Assembly: GCF_030152825.1 (NCBI RefSeq)
Contig: NZ_JASLIP010000037.1
Location: forward strand, 13,814-77,813
Length of the DNA: 64,000 nucleotides
Direction of reading: 5' to 3'
From: Corynebacterium sp.
Lineage (GTDB): Bacteria > Actinomycetota > Actinomycetes > Mycobacteriales > Mycobacteriaceae
A model generated the notes under the pieces. It was not told the origin of the DNA and ran no database searches. It saw only the letters and a list, made by a program, of their open reading frames with translations. Below, piece by piece: positions 1 through 9,538 of the stretch (the first letter of the stretch is position 1; each line of letters opens with the position of its first letter). The position numbers were made by a program, and so were the translations under genes.

Positions 1-65
1 GCTGGGTCCAGGAACGAGACCCTACCCGCCGGGATTTTCGCATCCTTCACCCCGGCCTTAGGCGG

Positions 66-437
66 CTAGCGGGTGAAGCGCGCGATCGCCTGGGAGACCT
101 CCGCCAGCTTCTCCTCCACCGCCTCGTCCGAGGTGCGGGCGGCCTGCACCACGCAGTGGGCCATGTGCTCCTCCAGCAGCACCAGCCCCACCCCCTTCAG
201 CGCGGACTGCAGTGCTGCGATCTGGGTGAGCACATCGATGCAGTACTCCTCCTCGGCGACCATCCGCTGCACACCGCGTACCTGGCCTTCGATGCGCTTC
301 AGCCGCGCGATTACCTTGGCCCGGTCGCCATCGCCGCTCAGTGGCTTCTCGCTGTGATCGACCTTGCCGTTGGCCACAGGCCCGCTGTGCTGCGGCGCGT
401 GGCAGTCGTTTGCGCTTGCCGCCTTCGAATTTTTCAC
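66..437 (-). CDS. csoR: CsoR family copper-sensing transcriptional repressor
   Basis: ORF 66..536(-), trimmed to the in-frame GTG at 437 just past the copA stop (442). Core RLKRIEGQVRGVQRMV, Cys in YCIDVL and H/C in HMAHC give the CsoR C-H-C Cu(I) ligand pattern. Start codon uncertain. Confidence 0.8.
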   Translation of the reverse strand: MKNSKAASANDCHAPQHSGPVANGKVDHSEKPLSGDGDRAKVIARLKRIEGQVRGVQRMVAEEEYCIDVLTQIAALQSALKGVGLVLLEEHMAHCVVQAARTSDEAVEEKLAEVSQAIARFTR

Positions 438-441
438 GCGC

Positions 442-2868
442 TTAGTTCTCCTCGACCTCGGGCTGGATGGACTTGAAACCACGCAGCCGCAGACTGTTCG
501 AGACCACGAACACACTGGACAGCGCCATGGCCGCACCCGCCAGCATCGGATTCAGCAAGCCGAAGGCTGCCAGCGGGATCGCCGCGACGTTGTAGGCGAA
601 GGCCCAGAACAGGTTCATCTTGATGGTGCGCAGGGTCTTGCGCGACAGGCGGATGGAGTCCACCACCGCGCTCATCTCGGCGCGCACGAGCGTGATGTCT
701 GCAGCCTCGATGGCCACGTCCGTCCCCGTGCCCATGGCGATACCGAGGTCCGCCTGGGCCAGCGCGGCGGCATCGTTGACGCCGTCACCAACCATCGCCA
801 CGCGCTTGCCCGTGGCCTGCAGATCCTTGACCGCGGTGACCTTATCGGCGGGCATCACGCCCGCCCGCACGTTGTCGGGGTTAATCCCCACGACGTCGGC
901 GACCTCACGTGCGACCTGCTCGTTGTCACCGGTGACCAGCATCGGTTCCAGACCGAGCTCCTTGAGCTGTGCGATGGCCTCCGCACTGTCCGGTTTCACC
1001 GCGTCCTCGACGGCGATCGCACCAGCCAGCTGGCCGTCGACGAGCACCGGAACCACGGTGCCGCCCAGCCCGCTGCGCTCGACGGTCTCGGAGCCAACGG
1101 TGGTGCCGTCGGCGGTCTCGAAACCGCGGCCGACCTGGACGGTCACGCCGGCAACGGTGGCAGTCACGCCGCGCCCTGGGACGGACTCGAAGTCCTTCGC
1201 TTCGGGCAGCTCGCCGCCGGACTCCGTGCGGGCACGCTCGGCGATCGCCTGGGCGATCGGGTGCTCGGAGTGATTCTCCACCGCACCCGCGATACGCCAC
1301 AGGTCCGCCTCACTGATCCCGACCTTGCCGGAGCCGTCCTCGATCGAGTTCGCAGCCGGCGCGCGCCAGGCCTGGGTGGCCGTCATCTCGCCGGTGGTGA
1401 TGGTGCCGGTTTTATCCAGGATGATGGCGTCCACGCCACGGGTCTGCTCCAGGGTCTCCGGCCCGCGGATGAGCACGCCCATCGCGGCACCCCGGCCCGT
1501 ACCGACCAGCAGCGCGGTCGGGGTTGCAAGCCCCAGCGCGCACGGGCAGGCGATGATCAGCACCGCCACGGCCGAGGCCATCGCAGCACCCGCATCCCCC
1601 GTGATCAGCAGCCATGCCAACAGCGTGATGACCGCCAGGGCGATGACCACCGGGACGAACACCGCGGACACGCGGTCTGCGAGCCGCTGCACATCGGCCT
1701 TGCCGGACTGTGCCTGCTCCACCAGCTTGGCCATCTGCGCCAGCTGAGTATCGGAGCCCACGCGGGTGGCCTCCACGATCAACCGGCCCGACGCGTTCAC
1801 GGTCGCACCCGTCACCACATCGCCCGGGGCGACCTCCACCGGCACGGATTCGCCGGTCAGCATGGATTCATCCACTGCGGAGCTGCCCGCGATCACGCGC
1901 CCGTCCGTGGCGATCTTCTCGCCCGGGCGCACCACAAAGTACATGCCCTCAGCCAGCTGGCCGATCGGGATGCGACGCGCGTTGCCACCCTGGGCGTCGT
2001 CAACGACGGCGACGTCCTTCGCCCCCAGCTCACCCAATGCACGCAGCGCCTCGCCAGCGCGGTGCTTCGCGCGCTTCTCGTAATAGCGCCCGGCCAGGAC
2101 GAACATGATCACGCCCGCGGCGACCTCGAGGTAGATATCCCCCATCGGGTCGCTGTGAGTATTGAACAGGCTCCAGGTGTGGCTCATCCCCGGCTCGCCG
2201 GCGCTGCCGAAGAATAGTGCGACCAGCGACCACAGGAAGGCCGCCCCGGTTCCCACGGTGATCAGGGTGTCCATCGTCACCGCGCCGTGCTTGATGTTCA
2301 GCCAGGTCGCGCGGTGGAACGGGTAGCCGCCCCACACGATCACGGGCGCAGCCAGCGTCAGCGACAGCCACTGCCAGTTCGTGAACTGCAGGTTCGGAAT
2401 CATGGCCAGCACGATCACCGGGATCGCGAGCCACAGGGAGCCGATCAGACGGTTGCGAAGGCCCTCCAGCTCACGCTCTGCCGCTTGCTCCGCCGGGGTT
2501 TGGGACGTCGGTTCGGCCTCTGGCCGAGGTGCGCCCGCCACCCCTTGTTCGCCGGCCCCGCCCTGCGGGTTACCGACTGCGGCCTGGGAAGGCAGCGGCT
2601 GGGAGAGCTGGGCCCCGTAGCCCATGCCCGAGATAATCTCCCGAATCTGCTCATCCGTCACCGCCTCGGCGGCGCCGTCCTGCTCGACGTGCGCCTTCTC
2701 CGTGGCGTAGTTGACGGAAGCCGTTACCCCGTCCAGCTTGTTGAGTTTGCGCTCGATTCGGTTCGCGCAGGAGGCGCAGGTCATTCCGGTGATCTTGTAG
2801 TCCAGGTCGAGAACTGGCTGGGCCGCCGCGGCCGCTGAGCGATCCTGGTGTTCTGGCACGTTGACCAT
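442..2868 (-). CDS. copA: Copper-translocating P1B-type ATPase
   Basis: One HMA domain (GMTCASC), TGES, CPC ([11 protein letters not shown]), DKTGT and [10 protein letters not shown]. Start set to ATG 2868 (MVNVPEHQ), preceded by GGAAAGGGG. The longer ORF to 3021 would run through the operator and promoter. Confidence 0.92.
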   Translation of the reverse strand: MVNVPEHQDRSAAAAAQPVLDLDYKITGMTCASCANRIERKLNKLDGVTASVNYATEKAHVEQDGAAEAVTDEQIREIISGMGYGAQLSQPLPSQAAVGNPQGGAGEQGVAGAPRPEAEPTSQTPAEQAAERELEGLRNRLIGSLWLAIPVIVLAMIPNLQFTNWQWLSLTLAAPVIVWGGYPFHRATWLNIKHGAVTMDTLITVGTGAAFLWSLVALFFGSAGEPGMSHTWSLFNTHSDPMGDIYLEVAAGVIMFVLAGRYYEKRAKHRAGEALRALGELGAKDVAVVDDAQGGNARRIPIGQLAEGMYFVVRPGEKIATDGRVIAGSSAVDESMLTGESVPVEVAPGDVVTGATVNASGRLIVEATRVGSDTQLAQMAKLVEQAQSGKADVQRLADRVSAVFVPVVIALAVITLLAWLLITGDAGAAMASAVAVLIIACPCALGLATPTALLVGTGRGAAMGVLIRGPETLEQTRGVDAIILDKTGTITTGEMTATQAWRAPAANSIEDGSGKVGISEADLWRIAGAVENHSEHPIAQAIAERARTESGGELPEAKDFESVPGRGVTATVAGVTVQVGRGFETADGTTVGSETVERSGLGGTVVPVLVDGQLAGAIAVEDAVKPDSAEAIAQLKELGLEPMLVTGDNEQVAREVADVVGINPDNVRAGVMPADKVTAVKDLQATGKRVAMVGDGVNDAAALAQADLGIAMGTGTDVAIEAADITLVRAEMSAVVDSIRLSRKTLRTIKMNLFWAFAYNVAAIPLAAFGLLNPMLAGAAMALSSVFVVSNSLRLRGFKSIQPEVEEN

Positions 2869-2889
2869 CCCCTTTCCACCACCGACCCT

Positions 2890-2906
2890 ATACCCCCTGG
2901 GGGTAT
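2890..2906 (-). promoter_or_regulatory. CsoR-type operator, 8-1-8 inverted repeat ATACCCCC-T-GGGGGTAT upstream of copA
   Basis: Perfect GC-rich palindrome with TA flanks, 22 nt upstream of the copA ATG. It lies between TTGCCA (-35-like) and TATAGG (-10-like) hexamers on the minus strand and resembles known CsoR operators (TACCC..GGGTA type). Confidence 0.6.
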
Positions 2907-2960
2907 GTGGCAAGGGTTCCCCAGCGGTAGAGAACCGCGAAGAAGGGCGCACCTTAAGAC

Positions 2961-2995
2961 AAGAAAAAGGGCCGTGGGAAAACTCCCACAACCCC
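2961..2995 (-). terminator. Intrinsic terminator downstream of the MBL hydrolase gene
   Basis: Minus strand reads GGGttGTGGGA-gttt-TCCCACggCCC followed by TTTTTCTTG. Confidence 0.55.
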
Positions 2996-3030
2996 TTCGA
3001 CCGAGGCCCATTAGGCCCCAATTCAGCGCA

Positions 3031-3714
3031 CTAGTAGCCGCGCTTAATCCACTCGTCCAGGTGTGGGGCCTCGTCCCCGATAGTGGTGGAATCGCCGTGG
3101 CCGGTGAGCACCTTCGTCTCCGCCGGTAGCGTCAGCAGCTTCGTCTTGATCGACTCGATGATCGTATCGAAGTCCGAGAAGGAACGTCCCGTCGCCCCAG
3201 GACCACCGTTGAACAGGGTGTCGCCGGAGAACAGCACGTCCGCAGCCGGCACGTAGAACACGCAGCAGCCCGGCGAGTGGCCCGGGGTGTTCATCGTCTT
3301 CAGCTCCACGCCACCGACCTCGAAGACGTCGCCGTCAGCCAGTTCCTTCGGCTCCAGGTCCGGGTAGCTCTGGTCCCAGAGCACTCGGTCCGCCGGGTGG
3401 ACGTAGATGTCCGCGCCGAAAATCTGGGAAAGCTCCGGCGCCACGGTGATGTGGTCATTGTGCGCGTGGGTGCACAGGATGGCCTTGACCTCGCGGCCGT
3501 CGACGGCCTCCTGGATCGGGTCCAGCTCGTGGGCGGCGTCGATAATGTAGCACTCCTTATCATCGCCGATGACCCAGATGTTGTTCTCCACGTCCCACTC
3601 GCCGCCATCCAGGGCGAAGGTGCCGTTGGTGATCACCCGGGTGATCCGCAGATTCTCGCCCGCGTCAGAGAGCTGTCCTGGGGAAATGATGTCCGTGATC
3701 GCGTTATCGCTCAT
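3031..3714 (-). CDS. MBL-fold metallo-hydrolase (glyoxalase II-like thioesterase, Rv2260-like)
   Basis: THAHNDH (HxHxDH) motif. Lies directly downstream of the mycothiol-dependent dehydrogenase, as in mycobacteria. Confidence 0.85.
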   Translation of the reverse strand: MSDNAITDIISPGQLSDAGENLRITRVITNGTFALDGGEWDVENNIWVIGDDKECYIIDAAHELDPIQEAVDGREVKAILCTHAHNDHITVAPELSQIFGADIYVHPADRVLWDQSYPDLEPKELADGDVFEVGGVELKTMNTPGHSPGCCVFYVPAADVLFSGDTLFNGGPGATGRSFSDFDTIIESIKTKLLTLPAETKVLTGHGDSTTIGDEAPHLDEWIKRGY

Positions 3715-3784
3715 GATTCTTCTCCTTCATTGGGATGCCAGTACCCCGGCAACAAGCGCTGCGCGCCCCGCAGCAAGGGGGTTT

Positions 3785-4885
3785 TTAAGAAAACTCCACC
3801 ACGGAGCGCATGACCTCGCCGCCGCGCATCTTCTCGAAGGCGGCCTCCACGTCCGCGATGCCGATGCGCTCGTCGACGAAGCGGTCGAGCGGGAAACGGC
3901 CCTGGCGGTAGAGGTCGATATACGTCGGGAAGTCCCGTTCCGGTAGGCAGTCGCCGTACCAGCTGGACTTGAGCGCACCGCCTCGGGAGAACACGTCCAG
4001 GAACGGCAGCTCCAGCGTCATCTCCGGGGTCGGCACGCCCACCAGCACCGCGCGGCCGGCGAGGTCGCGAATGTAGAAGGCCTGCTTGAAGGTCTCCGGG
4101 ATTCCCACCGCGTCCACGGCGACGTCCACGCCGAAGCCGCCGGTGAGCTCCTGCACCTTCTCCACCAGCTCGTCGGTGGTGAGCCCGCGGGAGTTGATGG
4201 TGTGGGTCGCGCCGAACTCTTCCTTCGCGCGCTTGAGCTTGTCCTCGGAGATGTCGATCGCGATGATCGTGCTGGCTCCCGCGACCTCGGCACCGGCGAC
4301 GGCGGCCATGCCCACGCCACCCAGGCCGATGACGGCGATGGACTCACCGCGCTGGATCTCGCCGGTATTCACCGCAGCGCCCAGGCCGGCCATGACTCCA
4401 CAGCCCATCAGACCCGCTGCCGCCGGGTCCGCCTCCGGGTCCACCTTCGTGCACTGGCGCTCGTGGACCAGGGTCTTCTCGGCGAAGGCACCGATGCCCA
4501 GGGCGGGCTCCAGCTCGGTGCCGTCGGTGAGAGTCATCTTCTTCGAGGCGTTAAAGGTGTCGAAGCAGTACTGTGGCTGGCCCTTCTTGCAGGCGCGGCA
4601 CTCGCCGCACACCGCGCGCCAGTTCAGGACCACGTAATCGCCGACGGCGACGTGGGTGACGTCCTCACCGACCTCCGAGACCACGCCCGCGGCCTCGTGG
4701 CCCAGCAGGAAGGGGTAATCGTCCGTAATGCCACCATCGCGGTATGCGAGGTCGGTGTGGCACACGCCGCAGGCCTGCACCTGCACAACCACATCATTCG
4801 CGCCCGGGGCGGGGATCTGAATATCCACCAGCTCCACCGGGTCGCCCTTGCCGCGCGAGACCACTGCCTTAACGCTCTGTGTCAT
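3785..4885 (-). CDS. S-(hydroxymethyl)mycothiol dehydrogenase (class III Zn alcohol dehydrogenase)
   Basis: [22 protein letters not shown] structural-Zn loop and a GLGGVG Rossmann motif. Closely resembles what I recall of Rv2259 (MscR). Confidence 0.85.
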   Translation of the reverse strand: MTQSVKAVVSRGKGDPVELVDIQIPAPGANDVVVQVQACGVCHTDLAYRDGGITDDYPFLLGHEAAGVVSEVGEDVTHVAVGDYVVLNWRAVCGECRACKKGQPQYCFDTFNASKKMTLTDGTELEPALGIGAFAEKTLVHERQCTKVDPEADPAAAGLMGCGVMAGLGAAVNTGEIQRGESIAVIGLGGVGMAAVAGAEVAGASTIIAIDISEDKLKRAKEEFGATHTINSRGLTTDELVEKVQELTGGFGVDVAVDAVGIPETFKQAFYIRDLAGRAVLVGVPTPEMTLELPFLDVFSRGGALKSSWYGDCLPERDFPTYIDLYRQGRFPLDRFVDERIGIADVEAAFEKMRGGEVMRSVVEFS

Positions 4886-5180
4886 GCTTTCCTCCTGCTG
4901 TATCTAAATTTCTGGCGCCGCCGCTGCCACATTCCGTCATTTTTAGGACGTCAACCCCGGCAGCGTGGCGCTGACTTGCACTTTCCATCGTGGCATAACT
5001 TCCCACCGCGCGCCCCGCGGCGTACTTGCCGGTAGCATCTAAGCCCCTCGCGCTCAGGCGAAGCTGATTCCCGTGGCGGGGTTATGACGTAGACTGGGCT
5101 TTTAAAGCTCCACCGCAGCCGACGAACATCCGGGCAAGCGGTGGCCGAGTGCACACCACGTTTGGGAGGGCTTGAACTTC

Positions 5181-5510
5181 ATGATCCAGTTCGTTGTCGG
5201 GGCCGCAGCCGGCTACCTGATGGGAACCAAGGCCGGGCGGCGCCGTTACGAGCAGATCCGGCGTGGCTATGAGACCGCGATCAACTCCGAGGTCGCCCAG
5301 TCCGCGCTACGTGCCAGCCGCAAGGCGCTGGCCAATCGCCTGGACCCGGACCCGCGCATGCACGAGGTTCGCGATCTGAACGCCAGCACCCGAAGCTCGC
5401 TGGCCGATGGGCACAGCATCGTCGAGCCGGACAACGCCCACCCCAACGACCGTCCGCGGCGCTCCGCGTCCGAGTTCAAGCGCCCCCGCTCCCCCAAGAA
5501 GCCCCGCTAG
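5181..5510 (+). CDS. Small YtxH-like protein (hypothetical)
   Basis: ATG 5181 preceded by GGGAGGG. N-terminal amphipathic/hydrophobic helix IQFVVGAAAGYLMGTKAG, then a basic disordered tail. Confidence 0.5.
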   Translation: MIQFVVGAAAGYLMGTKAGRRRYEQIRRGYETAINSEVAQSALRASRKALANRLDPDPRMHEVRDLNASTRSSLADGHSIVEPDNAHPNDRPRRSASEFKRPRSPKKPR

Positions 5511-5614
5511 GGCTAGGGTCTCGCCCCCTCTTCCGCTGCTCGCCGACCGCCCCCGCCTCCGGCGCTGGCCCGAGTGCTGGATGCCCGCAGTACAGCCCAT
5601 AAGCGGCGGGCAAA

Positions 5615-7618
5615 TTAGTTGCCGAAGGTGAAATCCCCGTAGGCGTTGGCCCGCTCGTTGAGCGAGCGCCGGTACTTCTCCAGCGCGGTGAGGTCGGCGA
5701 AGGTGGCCATATAGGCCTCCTTGTCCTCATCCGGGCGCATGCGCTGCATCTGCGCACGCAGCTCCGCGACCTCGTTGCTCACCCAACGTTCCTGCATCCG
5801 CGCCATGATCGCCGGGGCATAGTAGGGCAGCCGCTCCTGCTGACACTGCAGGTCCTCCACTGCGAGTTCGGAGACCACTGCCTGCCCCATCGCATCGGGC
5901 ACGTTATGGCTCACCGCGTCCAACCAGCCCGAACCGGACTTGGCCTGCGCGGTGCCGCCGGCCGCAGCCATCGCGTTCACGATCGCGATATACGTCGGAT
6001 GCACAAAGCTCTCCGGGGGCATGAGGTCGAAGATTTGCCCCGCCAGCTCCGGCTCCTGCAGACCCAGCTTCAGCACCTCCCGGATCCCCAACAGGAACTC
6101 GTCCTTCGGGTCTGGTCGCTCCATGCCCGCCACGACCCTCAGGTGACCGCCGGCGTCCTCGCCACCAGGCACACCACCCTGGTTCGCCGCGCCCTGACCT
6201 GCCGGAGTACCCTCCTCCGCGAGCCTCTCCCGACGCGCCGCGCCGCGCTTCAGCTCCAGTTTCGGCTTCTCCGACCGGCCGCGCCGAGCCTCCTCGCGCA
6301 CCTGGGCCACGATGTCATCCGGGTCGTCGAACCCCACCCAACCGGCGGCCTGGCGGGAGTACTCGTCGCGCAGGGCATCGTCCTTAATCCCGGCGAGCAC
6401 CGGGATGATCCGCCGCATCGCATGGATACGGCCGTCCACGACGGCGGTGTCGTAGCCCTCCAGCAGGGTGCGGATCACGAACTCAAACATGGGGATGCGG
6501 TTGGAGACCAGCTCCCGCACCGCCTCGTCGCCACGCTCCAGGCGAATATCGCAGGGGTCCTGGCCGCCCGGCGCGACGGTGACGTAACTGCGGCCCGTGA
6601 ACTGCTGGTCGCCCTCGAAGGCACGTAGCGCGGCCTTCTGGCCGGCCTCGTCGCCGTCGAAGGTGTAGATAATCTCGCCACGGAAGTAGCGGTCGTCCAG
6701 CATGAAGCGCCGCAGCATCGCCAGGTGCTCGGAGCCGAAGGCCGTGCCACAGGAGGCCACCGCGGTGTCCACGCCCGCGGCGTGCATGGCCATGACGTCC
6801 GTGTAGCCCTCCACCACCACGGCCTGGTGCTTTTCCGCGATGCTGCGCTTGGCCTGGTCGATGCCGAAGAGCACCTTGGACTTCTTGTACAGCAAGGTCT
6901 CCGGGGTGTTCATGTACTTGCCCAGCTTGTCGTCTTCGAACAACTTGCGGGCACCGAAGCCGATGACGTCGCCTGCCACCGAGCGGATTGGCCACAGCAG
7001 GCGGCGGTGGAAACGGTCGATTGGCCCCTTGGAGCCCATGCGGGACAGGCCGGCGGCCTCCAGCTCCTGGAACTCAAAGCCCTTGCGCAGCAGGTGCTTG
7101 GTGAGGGTGTCCCAGCCGGGCGGGGCGTAGCCGCAGCCGAACTGATCAGCATGCTCCTGGGTGAAACCACGGTCGATGAGGAACTGGCGGGCCACGTCCG
7201 CACCCTGGACGTCAGAAGCGAACTGCTCCCGGTAGAACTCGAAGGCAGCCTTATTCGCCGCGACCAAGCGCTGGCGGGTGCCTGGCTTCTCCCGCCTCCC
7301 CGGGCCGCCGCCCTCGTAGTTGATGCGATAGCCGATGCGCTCGGCGACCTGCTCCACGGCCTCCGGGAAGGTCAGGTGCTCCATCTTCATGAGGAAGCTG
7401 AACACGTCCCCGCCCTCGCCGGTGGAGAAGCAGTGGAAGTAGCCCTTATTCGGGCGGACGTGGAAGGACGGGGTCTTCTCATCCTTGAAGGGGCTCAAGC
7501 CCTTCAAGGAATCGACGCCGCCGGGCGTGAGCTGGACGTACTCCCCCACGATCTCCTCGATCGGCGTCGCCTCGCGAATCGCCTCGATGTCCCGCTCCGG
7601 GATCCTGCCCTTACCCAT
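5615..7618 (-). CDS. dnaG: DNA primase DnaG
   Basis: N-terminal zinc-ribbon region (degenerate, see findings), TOPRIM (VVVEGYTDVM, FDGDEAG) and a C-terminal DnaB-binding region. Start at ATG 7618 (MGKGRIPERD). Confidence 0.95.
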   Translation of the reverse strand: MGKGRIPERDIEAIREATPIEEIVGEYVQLTPGGVDSLKGLSPFKDEKTPSFHVRPNKGYFHCFSTGEGGDVFSFLMKMEHLTFPEAVEQVAERIGYRINYEGGGPGRREKPGTRQRLVAANKAAFEFYREQFASDVQGADVARQFLIDRGFTQEHADQFGCGYAPPGWDTLTKHLLRKGFEFQELEAAGLSRMGSKGPIDRFHRRLLWPIRSVAGDVIGFGARKLFEDDKLGKYMNTPETLLYKKSKVLFGIDQAKRSIAEKHQAVVVEGYTDVMAMHAAGVDTAVASCGTAFGSEHLAMLRRFMLDDRYFRGEIIYTFDGDEAGQKAALRAFEGDQQFTGRSYVTVAPGGQDPCDIRLERGDEAVRELVSNRIPMFEFVIRTLLEGYDTAVVDGRIHAMRRIIPVLAGIKDDALRDEYSRQAAGWVGFDDPDDIVAQVREEARRGRSEKPKLELKRGAARRERLAEEGTPAGQGAANQGGVPGGEDAGGHLRVVAGMERPDPKDEFLLGIREVLKLGLQEPELAGQIFDLMPPESFVHPTYIAIVNAMAAAGGTAQAKSGSGWLDAVSHNVPDAMGQAVVSELAVEDLQCQQERLPYYAPAIMARMQERWVSNEVAELRAQMQRMRPDEDKEAYMATFADLTALEKYRRSLNERANAYGDFTFGN

Positions 7619-7781
7619 AAGGGACATGCTAATACACCCGCCAGACAAGGGATGTGGTCGAGCGGAACGCCCATTCGCCAGACAAAACCGGTCCGGCTTT
7701 TTAACATAGGTTCCCTGACATACTTAACTGCCACGATGTTTTCCCATCGCGTGCACCACAGACCCGGGAAGGTAGGTCGCC

Positions 7782-9509
7782 ATGGCCGCAACCCACTACG
7801 ACGTCCTCATCATTGGCTCCGGATTCGGCGGCTCCGTCACCGCCCTGCGCCTCGTCGAGAAGGGCTACAAGGTCGGCGTCCTGGAGGCCGGCAAGCGCTA
7901 TGCGGACAAGGACTTCGCGAAGAACTCCTGGCACCTCAAGCAGTTCCTCTGGGCGCCCGCAATCGGCTGCTACGGCATCCAGCGCATTCACCTGCTGCGC
8001 AACGTCATGATCCTCGCCGGCGCCGGCGTGGGCGGTGGCTCGCTGAACTACGCCAACACCCTCTACCAGCCCGAGGATGAGTACTTCCGCAACAAGCAGT
8101 GGGCACACATCACCGACTGGAAGGAGGAACTCACCCCCTACTACGACCAGGCCCGCCGCATGCTGGGCGTGGTCACCAACCCCACCATGACCCCGGCGGA
8201 CAAGCTCTCGAAGCAGACCGCCGAGGAGCTCGGCGTGGGCGATACCTTCCGCATGGCACCGGTGGGCGTGTTCTTCGGCGAAAAGGTGGGGCTGAACGGC
8301 AAGCCGAAGGAGACCGTGGAGGACCCGTACTTCGGCGGTGCGGGCCCGCAGCGCGCCGCCTGCCACGAGTGCGGCGAGTGCATGACCGGCTGCCGCCACG
8401 GCGCGAAGAACACCCTGCTGAAGAACTACCTCTACCTCGCGGAGAAGGGCGGCGCCGAGGTCCACCCACTGACCACGGTCACCGACATCACCCGCAAGCC
8501 GGGCGGCGGCTGGAACGTCGATACGAAGGCCACGGGAGGCCTGCTGGGCAAGAAGAAAACCCGCCGCTTCACCGCGGACAAGGTCGTCGTCGCTGCGGGT
8601 GCGTGGGGAACCCAGAACCTGCTGCACCGGCAGAAGATTAACGGCAACCTCCCGCAGCTGCCGGACTCCCTCGGCACGATGACCCGCACGAACTCCGAGG
8701 CCCTGCTCGGCGCGCAGTTCAAGAAGTACGACCCGGAATGGGATTTCTCCGAGGGCGTGGCCATCACCTCCAGCTACTTCCCCGCCCCGGATACCCACAT
8801 CGAGCCGGTGCGCTACGGCAAGGGCTCGAACTCCATGGGCCTACTCCAGACACTCATGACCGACGGCGATAAGTTGCGCCCCCGCGTGCTCGAGTTCCTC
8901 CGCCAGGTGATCCTCCAGTTCCACCATGTGCCCCGCCTGGTGAACCTGCGCCGCTGGTCGCAGCGCACGGTGATCAACCTGGTGATGCAGTCCCGCGATA
9001 ACTCCCTGACCACCTACCCACGCAAGCTGGGCAAATTCACCTGGCTGACCTCCAAGCAGGGCACCGGCGAGCCGAATCCGAGCTGGATCCCGGAGGGCAA
9101 CAAGGCCACCCGCATCCTGGCCTCGCTGCGCAAGGGCGGCCTGGCAGGTGGGGTGTGGTCCGAGGTGGTCGATATTCCGCTGACCGCGCACTTCCTGGGT
9201 GGCTGCTCGATCTCCAGCTCCCCGGACGACGGTGTGGTGGATCCCTATCACCGCGTGTGGGGGCTGCCGGATCTCTTTGTGGTCGACGGCTCGTCCATGG
9301 CCGCCAACCCCGGTGTGAACCCTTCCCTGTCCATCACCGCGAACGCGGAGCGCGCAGCGGCGATGTGGCCGAATAAGGGCGAGGAGGACCCGCGTCCGGA
9401 GCAGTCGGAGGGCTATCAGCGCATCGAGGCCGTGGAGCCGGCCTCCCCGATGGTGCCGGCCACCGCCCCGGCCGCACTGCGCCTGCCGATTACCCCGGTG
9501 GGCAACTAG
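7782..9509 (+). CDS. GMC family FAD-dependent oxidoreductase (cholesterol oxidase ChoD-like)
   Basis: N-terminal YDVLIIGSGFGGSVTALRLVEKGYKVGVLEAG dinucleotide fold. C-terminal GMC signature region HxxGGC..DxxxRVxGLxxLFVVDGS. Confidence 0.85.
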   Translation: MAATHYDVLIIGSGFGGSVTALRLVEKGYKVGVLEAGKRYADKDFAKNSWHLKQFLWAPAIGCYGIQRIHLLRNVMILAGAGVGGGSLNYANTLYQPEDEYFRNKQWAHITDWKEELTPYYDQARRMLGVVTNPTMTPADKLSKQTAEELGVGDTFRMAPVGVFFGEKVGLNGKPKETVEDPYFGGAGPQRAACHECGECMTGCRHGAKNTLLKNYLYLAEKGGAEVHPLTTVTDITRKPGGGWNVDTKATGGLLGKKKTRRFTADKVVVAAGAWGTQNLLHRQKINGNLPQLPDSLGTMTRTNSEALLGAQFKKYDPEWDFSEGVAITSSYFPAPDTHIEPVRYGKGSNSMGLLQTLMTDGDKLRPRVLEFLRQVILQFHHVPRLVNLRRWSQRTVINLVMQSRDNSLTTYPRKLGKFTWLTSKQGTGEPNPSWIPEGNKATRILASLRKGGLAGGVWSEVVDIPLTAHFLGGCSISSSPDDGVVDPYHRVWGLPDLFVVDGSSMAANPGVNPSLSITANAERAAAMWPNKGEEDPRPEQSEGYQRIEAVEPASPMVPATAPAALRLPITPVGN

Positions 9510-9538
9510 CCCCACCCCGCCCGGTATAACTGGCTGTT

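Noticed and set aside
364-2217. Very long ORFs antisense to real genes. Examples: 364..2217(+), 6725..8080(+), 7701..8798(-), 10910..13045(+), 24620..25975(+), 29220..31004(+), 36382..38100(-), 46547..48394(+), 51440..52921(+), 54091..55800(+).
   Set aside because: Each lies opposite a gene with strong family motifs. Their translations are Arg/Gly/Ala/His-rich low-complexity strings with no motifs. Open antisense frames are expected in GC-rich DNA, where stop codons are rare.
7645-7700. tRNA-like fragment GGTCGAGCGG (D-loop-like) and a repeated CGCCAGACAA in the dnaG upstream region.
   Set aside because: No acceptor stem, anticodon arm or GTTCRANYC T-loop can be built around it.
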